A stretch of 24,757 bases of DNA from a virus (Duplodnaviria; Caudoviricetes), in the IMG/VR virus record IMGVR_UViG_3300019937_000009, positions 1-24,757 of that record. The stretch is one strand, 5' to 3'. Of this stretch, positions 18,504-24,757 are shown piece after piece. The notes below the pieces were generated by a model. That model saw only the letters and a program-made list of their open reading frames with translations, was not told where the DNA came from and made no database searches. Position numbers and translations under genes: made by a program. Each line of letters begins with the position of its first letter. The first letter of the stretch is position 1.

Positions 18504-19439
18504 ATGTCTTTCGCAAATCTTAAAAAGCAATCTTCTCTTGGTTCTCTCACCGCAAAACTGGTAAAAGAGGTGGAGAAAGCAAATACAAGCACAGGAGCAG
18601 ATGAGCGTTTTTGGAAACCGGAAATGGACAAGACTGGAAATGGATTTGCAATCGTCCGTTTTCTTCCAGCAGTAGAAGGTGAAGAACTCCCTTGGGCAAA
18701 GATGTATTCTCATGCCTTCCAAGGTCCTGGTGGTTGGTATATTGAGAACTCTCTGACAACTATCGGTCAGAAAGATCCTGTTTCTGAGCACAACCGTGAA
18801 CTCTGGAACAGTGGTAATGAAAAAGATAAGGAGACTGTTCGTAAGCAGAAGCGTAAACTCTCCTACTATTCTAACATTTATGTTGTAAAGGATCCTGCAA
18901 ATCCTCAAAACGAAGGTAAAGTTTTCCTGTTTAAGTATGGTAAGAAGATCTTTGATAAGATCATGGAAGCAATGCAACCTGAGTTTGAAGACGAAACTCC
19001 AATCAATCCTTTCGACTTTTGGCAAGGTGCTAATTTCAAGATCAAAATCGTCAAGAAGGATGGTTACTGGAACTATGATAAGTCAGAGTTCGACCGAATT
19101 GCACCACTCCTGGATGATGACGATGCTCTGGAAGCCCTCTGGAAGAAGCAATATTCTCTAGACGCTCTTTCCGCAGCAGATCAGTTCAAGTCTTATGAAG
19201 ATCTTGAGAAGCGTCTGAAGTATGTTCTGGGACAGAAGACTGCTCCCCGTCCACGTCTTGATGAAGAAGTTGATGATGAGGACAACGATCGTGGTTCTTA
19301 CACTCCCAACTTTAATTCGCGTCGTGAGGAGAGTGAACTTCCTGAAAACCTCAGTAAGCAACTCAACAATCTTTCTTCAAGTTCTGATGAAGATGAAGAC
19401 GATGCAATCTCTTATTTCCAGAAACTCGTTGATGATTGA
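18504..19439 (+). CDS. 32: Single-stranded DNA-binding protein gp32
   Basis: DERFWK, GNGFAIVRFLP, WYIENSLTT, NYDKSEF motifs; acidic tail. Confidence 0.95.
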   Translation: MSFANLKKQSSLGSLTAKLVKEVEKANTSTGADERFWKPEMDKTGNGFAIVRFLPAVEGEELPWAKMYSHAFQGPGGWYIENSLTTIGQKDPVSEHNRELWNSGNEKDKETVRKQKRKLSYYSNIYVVKDPANPQNEGKVFLFKYGKKIFDKIMEAMQPEFEDETPINPFDFWQGANFKIKIVKKDGYWNYDKSEFDRIAPLLDDDDALEALWKKQYSLDALSAADQFKSYEDLEKRLKYVLGQKTAPRPRLDEEVDDEDNDRGSYTPNFNSRREESELPENLSKQLNNLSSSSDEDEDDAISYFQKLVDD

Positions 19440-20186
19440 TCATTCATAAAGGCGAATATTATCGCCTCTCTTTAAGGTTCGGGACACAAATTGTTCCGAA
19501 CCTTTTTTGTATGTCATAATATTTTCTATATCATTAAACACTACATTTAAGTATCTAGATTTAAGGACAAATATATCCCTCTTTTTGTTTTCTAATTCAT
19601 TTTCATAATCATAGTTTGTTATTGTAGTAAGTAAATCATCTCTGTTTTTTGATTCTATTGTAGAAGTTCCAGAATCAAAATACTCATATCTGTAATTACT
19701 TGCAGGAAGACTCTCATCAATTACTCCGAAAAGATTAAGAAATCCACCACCTTCTTTCCAGGTATTAGATATTCTTATTCCTGATGGGATTATAATTCTT
19801 CCAAGACTATCTCTTATTTCCTTTGTTTCATAATGATGAACTCCATTATAAAAATTATCGTATGACTTATATTTTTCTAACATAATCTCTTCAAAGTTCT
19901 TTTGAGGAAGAGGCCATTCTGATTGGACATTTACAATGTTATTTGAAAGTAGTACTACCCAATCTAAACTTTCATCTTCATAAAATTTAAAGGCAACATT
20001 ATCGGGTCTTTCATCTCCAATTATGCTATACTTGGTAAAGAATAAAAGGTTGTCTGCAATATCAGGTCTTAATGCACCTCTTCTAAAAAGATTTTTTACC
20101 TGCGTATATTCAGATATTCTTTTACTATCAGTTCCCCTAGTTACATAATCAAAGTTTGGTACTTGTCTGAAATAAGGAGTTGCCAT
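19440..20186 (-). CDS. 53: Baseplate wedge protein gp53
   Basis: YFRQVPNFDY, GDERPDNVA, WVVLLSNNI, HHYET motifs. Confidence 0.85.
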   Translation of the reverse strand: MATPYFRQVPNFDYVTRGTDSKRISEYTQVKNLFRRGALRPDIADNLLFFTKYSIIGDERPDNVAFKFYEDESLDWVVLLSNNIVNVQSEWPLPQKNFEEIMLEKYKSYDNFYNGVHHYETKEIRDSLGRIIIPSGIRISNTWKEGGGFLNLFGVIDESLPASNYRYEYFDSGTSTIESKNRDDLLTTITNYDYENELENKKRDIFVLKSRYLNVVFNDIENIMTYKKGSEQFVSRTLKRGDNIRLYE

Positions 20187-20187
20187 T

Positions 20188-21531
20188 TTAGAATCCCATG
20201 TCCGCTAAATTGTCGTCATAATCTTCTCTATAAATTGGTTCAAGTTCACTAAAATTCATAGAGATATTATATGATGTCATAGAACCATCATCGTTATATG
20301 TCATATAGGTTCCATCAGGAGTATAATCAACGTTAAAACTTGTCAGTGCGCAAGTCTTTATCTTATTTAAAAATGGATGTTGTCCACCATTTTTTCCATA
20401 AATGTATTCTAACTTAAATACACTTGGAGTTTTTAAGAATAATGAGGTGCTACTTTTTTGAATTGCCATCGCTTTCTTAAAGAATAGAATAATCTTTTTG
20501 ATTTCTTCTGATTCTTTGGAATCTCTTGGAGTTAGTTTGTAACTATAACTAAATGTCCTTAGATTGGGTCCAGTGAAAAGCAATTCAAGATTTGGATTTA
20601 CAACTAATCCACCTGCTCTACCTGTAATATTTGCACCAACTGCCTGACCAGCAAAGTAGGTTTTAATATAAGTTCCTAAACTTGAATCCTTTCCTAGTGT
20701 CGATGCAATATCAATTGCATCCTCTGCAAAATTACCTACAGACTCTTTTAGTTTAAGTTGTGATAAGTCTCCAATAGCTCCTGCAGCAAGATTTGCAAGT
20801 GCTCCTTGAATTGGATTTAAACGATCATCTCCCCAACCAACAGAATTAGAATCTGATATTCCAGGATGCATTGGCAAACAAACTGTTCCACCATATTCTT
20901 TTATTCTTGTTTCAGTTGATTCTGAACCAAAAGAACCACTATTTCTAATATCAGATAATCCAGGAGGTTGATATTGAAACTCTGTGATCTTTAAAAAATC
21001 AAATTCTTCATCATTATTTTTGATTGGATATCTAAAAATTTCACCACGACTGCTAGATAATTTTGATTTGGTATCAGAATTATTTGTGTCCAGAGTTTCT
21101 GATTGGGTTCCAACATCACCAGGACCTCCTCCAGCAGCAGGATCTGTGGCAAAGGCATCACTAGCAATAACACCAGGAGAATAAGATTGTTTGGAAAATT
21201 CTCTTGCAGTTTGAGGTGAAAGTGAATTTATTATATTGCTAGTTGCTAATTTTAACTTCTCAGTATTTTGAAAAAGATATGAATCTACTGGTTGTCCATT
21301 GGGGTCATTAGGAATATTACTTTTTGAATATTCGCTGTTTGCCCCCCACGCATTATTCTGTGGTAACCACTGACCAAACTTTTCTCCATTCTCATCAAGA
21401 ACTGATGGTGGAGTTGATGGACTTGTGTCATCTACTTCAACATTAGCGGGAACTTTTACGTTCTTTTTATTATTTGTTATTGGATCAAATGTATAAGAGT
21501 CAGTTAATAGTGGGCGCCTTATTATTGCCAT
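20188..21531 (-). CDS. 48: Baseplate tail-tube cap gp48-like
   Basis: NPNLELLFTGPNLRTFSYSYKLTP, CALTSFNVDYTPDG, FSELEPI motifs. Confidence 0.8.
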   Translation of the reverse strand: MAIIRRPLLTDSYTFDPITNNKKNVKVPANVEVDDTSPSTPPSVLDENGEKFGQWLPQNNAWGANSEYSKSNIPNDPNGQPVDSYLFQNTEKLKLATSNIINSLSPQTAREFSKQSYSPGVIASDAFATDPAAGGGPGDVGTQSETLDTNNSDTKSKLSSSRGEIFRYPIKNNDEEFDFLKITEFQYQPPGLSDIRNSGSFGSESTETRIKEYGGTVCLPMHPGISDSNSVGWGDDRLNPIQGALANLAAGAIGDLSQLKLKESVGNFAEDAIDIASTLGKDSSLGTYIKTYFAGQAVGANITGRAGGLVVNPNLELLFTGPNLRTFSYSYKLTPRDSKESEEIKKIILFFKKAMAIQKSSTSLFLKTPSVFKLEYIYGKNGGQHPFLNKIKTCALTSFNVDYTPDGTYMTYNDDGSMTSYNISMNFSELEPIYREDYDDNLADMGF

Positions 21532-21545
21532 TAGACATTTTTTAA

Positions 21546-21665
21546 TTATTTATTAGCGAATTCCTCCCAAGTGTAGTTGTGATATGGATTACCTTTTGAT
21601 GACCAATTACCCCTTTAAGATAAAATATCTTGATAACCCTTATAATTTTCTCTAGTATAATGGTT
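21546..21665 (-). pseudogene. Probable remnant of the gp2-like gene usually found between genes 4 and 48
   Basis: Start-less frame reads QDILS*RGNWSSKGNPYHNYTWEEFANK*, resembling a recalled RG.N.HW...NYTWEE motif. Confidence 0.4.
21547..21554 (-). promoter_or_regulatory. Late promoter AATAAATA for genes 48-53
   Basis: TATTTATT on the plus strand, 15 nt upstream of the start. Confidence 0.6.
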
Positions 21666-21668
21666 TTA

Positions 21669-22106
21669 TTAAAATAATTCATCTTCTGTAATAATTTTAA
21701 ACTCAAGAAGTCTATCATCACACCATTCCTTTGCAGCTTTCCACTTCGCTTGATTTACAGCATAAGTTTTGGTTTCATGAATAAAAGACTTTGTTACTCT
21801 AGTCTTTTTTACCGGAGGAACAGTTTGTTTTTTTGGTTTTACTTCTATCACATATGTTTTTACTTTGCCAGATTGTTCTTTAAGTTTAATTATAAAGTCT
21901 GGAAAGTATCTATGAACTCTATTGTCAACAGGAGATACGTAAGGGATGAAAAATTCTTCTGACCCCCAAGATATTATGCTTTCATTTAAATCGCACCACC
22001 TGCAAAATTTTCTTTCCCAAGTGCTTCTACAAATTATATTATTGTAATCGCCTTTGTATTTTTGAGGATTGGAAGGTTTATACTTTGACTTTAAACTTTC
22101 TGCCAT
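21669..22106 (-). CDS. 4: Head completion nuclease gp4 (TnsA-like)
   Basis: KPSNPQKYKGD, RSTWE, WGSEE, HRYFPDF, IEVKP, NQAKWKAA motifs. Confidence 0.9.
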   Translation of the reverse strand: MAESLKSKYKPSNPQKYKGDYNNIICRSTWERKFCRWCDLNESIISWGSEEFFIPYVSPVDNRVHRYFPDFIIKLKEQSGKVKTYVIEVKPKKQTVPPVKKTRVTKSFIHETKTYAVNQAKWKAAKEWCDDRLLEFKIITEDELF

Positions 22107-22136
22107 ATCTGGGCTACATAATATATAAGGTCAAAT

Positions 22137-22144
22137 TATTTATA
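22137..22144 (-). promoter_or_regulatory. Late promoter TATAAATA for gene 4
   Basis: Exact consensus on the minus strand in the divergent gap. Confidence 0.7.
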
Positions 22145-22145
22145 A

Positions 22146-23003
22146 ATGGGAGCACCAGGAAACCCTACATATTATTCTGTAAGTGATCTCAAAACAAGAA
22201 TACTTAACATAGCACAAACTTCAATATATCATGTGAAGTTTGCAGTTCCTCCTGCTGTGTCTTCTTTCATTGCGGCAAGTGGAAGAGGAGTTACACCAGA
22301 AAATATTTCCAACATTGAGTTATTATGTTCGGAAACAACTTTACCTGGAACAAGTTTAGCAACTCATGATGTTACATCTGATTATCATGGTGTAACAGAG
22401 AAGATGGCTTATCGTAGAATCTATGATGACACTATCGATTTAACATTTTATGTTGATAGAAATTATAATGTTATAGAATTTTTTGATGGATGGATAGATT
22501 ATATTAGTGGTCTTGGAAGCACCTTTGGAAGAGAAGCATATAAGAGTGCTTATACTCATTATAGGATGAACTATCCAGAAAAGTATAAGAGTGATATGTA
22601 TGTTGTAAAGTATGAAAAGGATATTGGCAATACATTAAATTATACTTTTGTAGGTGCTTTTCCTACATCAGTTACATCAGTTCCAGTTAATTATCAGGCA
22701 AGTGAGTTGTTGCAATATAATGTTTCATTTTCTTATATTAGATATGTAAGAGAAAGAAAAAAGATTACCCCACCATCCACATTAGAAGATCCAAAAGCAC
22801 CGGGTGTTGTTGAGTTTAATAAATTTAACTTTGATTATAGTCCAGAATTCTTTGATCCTCAATTCTCTGTAAATAGAGATCAGAGATTTAGAGGTCCGAA
22901 TGACTTCTTAAATATTGGAAATCCTGCTTTGGATCAATTTGGAATTAGAGATCAGTTAGGAAGGCCACCATCTGGAGCACCTGGGCCTACCGTAGCAACA
23001 TAA
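22146..23003 (+). CDS. Tail-tube-fold protein (gp19/gp54-like)
   Basis: LCSETTLPG, LTFYVD, FFDGW, GAFPTSV, VSFSY motifs. Confidence 0.7.
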   Translation: MGAPGNPTYYSVSDLKTRILNIAQTSIYHVKFAVPPAVSSFIAASGRGVTPENISNIELLCSETTLPGTSLATHDVTSDYHGVTEKMAYRRIYDDTIDLTFYVDRNYNVIEFFDGWIDYISGLGSTFGREAYKSAYTHYRMNYPEKYKSDMYVVKYEKDIGNTLNYTFVGAFPTSVTSVPVNYQASELLQYNVSFSYIRYVRERKKITPPSTLEDPKAPGVVEFNKFNFDYSPEFFDPQFSVNRDQRFRGPNDFLNIGNPALDQFGIRDQLGRPPSGAPGPTVAT

Positions 23004-23009
23004 TAAATA
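23002..23009 (+). promoter_or_regulatory. Late promoter AATAAATA for gene 26
   Basis: 27 nt upstream of ATG 23037. Confidence 0.6.
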
Positions 23010-23036
23010 TCATTACTGAACCACTTATAGGACATT

Positions 23037-23756
23037 ATGCCTTTACCCACAATTGCGACTCCATCATATGAACTTGAGTTGCCATCGACTGGAAAAACAA
23101 TTAAGTATAGACCATTTCTAGTTAAAGAAGAAAAACTTCTTGTCCTTGCATTAGAATCAGAAAGCAATAAAGAAATCTCTAATGCAATTAAAGCAGTTCT
23201 AAAAAGCTGTATTCAGACAAGAGGTGTTAAGGTAGAGTCTCTTCCAACTTTTGACATTGAGTATTTGTTTTTAAACATTCGTGGTAAGTCTGTTGGAGAG
23301 GAAATTGAGGTTAGTATTATTGCTCCTGATGATGGTCAAACTAGTATTCCTGTAAAGATTGTAATTGATGATATTAAAGTCACCAAAGAAAAGGGACATA
23401 CCAATAAGATTAAACTTGACGATAGTTTGATTATGGAAATGAAATATCCTTCATTGGACGAGTTTATTAAAAATAATTTTGATGTCAATTCCGAAATGGA
23501 TATTGATAAGTCTTTTGAATTGATTGCTTCTTGTATTGATAAGATTTATAATGAAGAAGAAGTTTGGTCTTCTTCTGATGTCACCAAGAAGGAACTGATT
23601 GACTTCTTAGGTCAAATGAATAGTGTTCAGTTTAAAGATGTGGAAAGATTCTTTACCACAATGCCTAAACTATCTCATGAACTTAAGGTTAGAAATCCAA
23701 AAACAAAAGTAGAAAGTACCGTAGTATTAGAAGGGTTATCAAGTTTTTTCGCATAG
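23037..23756 (+). CDS. 26: Baseplate hub assembly protein gp26
   Basis: MPLPTI..P.YELELPS, YRPFLVKEEK, FDIEYLFLNIRGKSVGE, EGLSSFF. Confidence 0.9.
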   Translation: MPLPTIATPSYELELPSTGKTIKYRPFLVKEEKLLVLALESESNKEISNAIKAVLKSCIQTRGVKVESLPTFDIEYLFLNIRGKSVGEEIEVSIIAPDDGQTSIPVKIVIDDIKVTKEKGHTNKIKLDDSLIMEMKYPSLDEFIKNNFDVNSEMDIDKSFELIASCIDKIYNEEEVWSSSDVTKKELIDFLGQMNSVQFKDVERFFTTMPKLSHELKVRNPKTKVESTVVLEGLSSFFA

Positions 23757-23758
23757 CG

Positions 23759-23935
23759 ATGTCCCATATGGACCTTGAGAATTATTTTAAGATTAACTTT
23801 GCCTTGGTTCAGTATCATAAATATTCATTATGGGAAGTAGAAAATTTGATGCCTTGGGAAAGAGATATCTATGTGGTTTTACTTCAGCAACACCTTGAAG
23901 AAGAAAAACTAAAGCAACAACAAAATAGCGGGTAA
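23759..23935 (+). CDS. 51: Baseplate hub assembly protein gp51 (58 aa, not in ORF track; possibly reached by -1 frameshift from gene 26)
   Basis: LENYFKINFALVQYHKYSLWEVENLMPWERDIYV motif. Confidence 0.85.
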   Translation: MSHMDLENYFKINFALVQYHKYSLWEVENLMPWERDIYVVLLQQHLEEEKLKQQQNSG

Positions 23936-23941
23936 ACTTTC

Positions 23942-24757
23942 ATGGTAACCGATCTCCCAAATAATCTAAAGATACCTTCAAATATTACATACATTCAAGG
24001 TACTGATGGTGTTTGGGAGCCAGAATTTGAGTCGGATTTTGATAAGGCAGTTTACTATGCAGGAAAAAGTCCAAATCCAAGAAGTAAAAATCAAAAAAAT
24101 GTAATAAAGTGGATCTATAGTCTTGGAGTTTCTTTTGATGAAATTAAAGACCATAGAAAAAAGATATTAGCAAAATTAAAAGATCTTACAACAAAAGATG
24201 GTGCATGGGATGATTACCCAAATGTTTTAGTTCCACCAGTATTTCAGAGTTTTAGCATTGAACAAGATGAAGAAGATGATGATGAAATGCCTGAGGGACT
24301 TGATGATCTCTTGAATGATATTGGAAGGGGAGATACTCCAGAACCACCTGGAGCACTTGCGACCATACCAAAAAAATCTGACGATCTTGTTGATGAAGAA
24401 ATAGATTCCCAGATTCTTTCTATCTTGGGATTGGAAGATGTATTTGATTTAACTTATGAAGAGTATGCTTCACTCTTAAAAGAAGCAGCAGTTAAAGGTA
24501 GAATGACAAACTCTCAGATGACTACTGAGAGTATTGAACTTGTTACGAATGAATTTAAGAGAGTCAAAGGAAAGACTGGTAAGTTTAAAGTAAAACCAAA
24601 GAAGGTTGATATTAATAAAGTATTAAATCGCAAACCAGGTGCGATTGTAAAGGTAGATAAAATTAAACCAGAAGATAAGGAATCAGAAGCGGCAGAAGAT
24701 AAATCTGATTCTGGTGAGTTTAAGAAAGATGTTAATGATGGAATCAATAAGATCTTA
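23942..24757 (+). CDS. N-terminal part of a large protein (tape-measure or hub position); runs off the window
   Basis: Open from ATG 23942 (MVTDLPNNLKIP...) to the window end; function inferred only from its position after 26/51. Confidence 0.65.
   Translation, partial: MVTDLPNNLKIPSNITYIQGTDGVWEPEFESDFDKAVYYAGKSPNPRSKNQKNVIKWIYSLGVSFDEIKDHRKKILAKLKDLTTKDGAWDDYPNVLVPPVFQSFSIEQDEEDDDEMPEGLDDLLNDIGRGDTPEPPGALATIPKKSDDLVDEEIDSQILSILGLEDVFDLTYEEYASLLKEAAVKGRMTNSQMTTESIELVTNEFKRVKGKTGKFKVKPKKVDINKVLNRKPGAIVKVDKIKPEDKESEAAEDKSDSGEFKKDVNDGINKIL

Noticed and set aside
18501-19025. 174-aa minus-strand ORF and other antisense ORFs over core genes
   Set aside because: Antisense shadows of well-supported genes with no motifs or expression signals.
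19430-19450. Convergent stops of genes 32 and 53 abutting with no terminator
   Set aside because: Ordinary compact junction between replication and late modules in T4-like phages.
21669-22106. TnsA-like transposase
   Set aside because: Motifs and context match head completion protein gp4; no transposon ends or partner genes.

Overview
This window is a segment of a T4-like cyanophage (cyanomyovirus) genome. On the left are three minus-strand genes for putative secreted or virion-type proteins. Divergent from them is psbA (photosystem II D1), split into four exons by three group I introns. The splice sites can be placed from P1/P10 pairings and rebuild an intact 359-aa D1. Introns 1 and 2 carry different HNH endonuclease ORFs with their own promoters, and intron 3 has no ORF. 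psbA is preceded by a composite sigma70/late promoter and a PhotoRC-II-like structured leader. The middle is a string of small accessory ORFs, including a metzincin protease, petE and glutaredoxins. It also holds a compact putative nitrogen-sensing unit: an NtcA box, a sigma70 promoter, a tandem glutamine-riboswitch-like RNA and three microproteins. The right part is core T4-like genes: thyX, phoH, exonuclease, 33, 59, 32, 53, 48, 4, a tail-tube-like gene, 26, 51 and the start of a long ORF. The 26/51 junction has an in-register T TTT TTC slippery site that would fuse the two genes by a -1 frameshift, like the lambda G/GT tail chaperones. All calls come from reading the sequence and recalling families. 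No searches were run.
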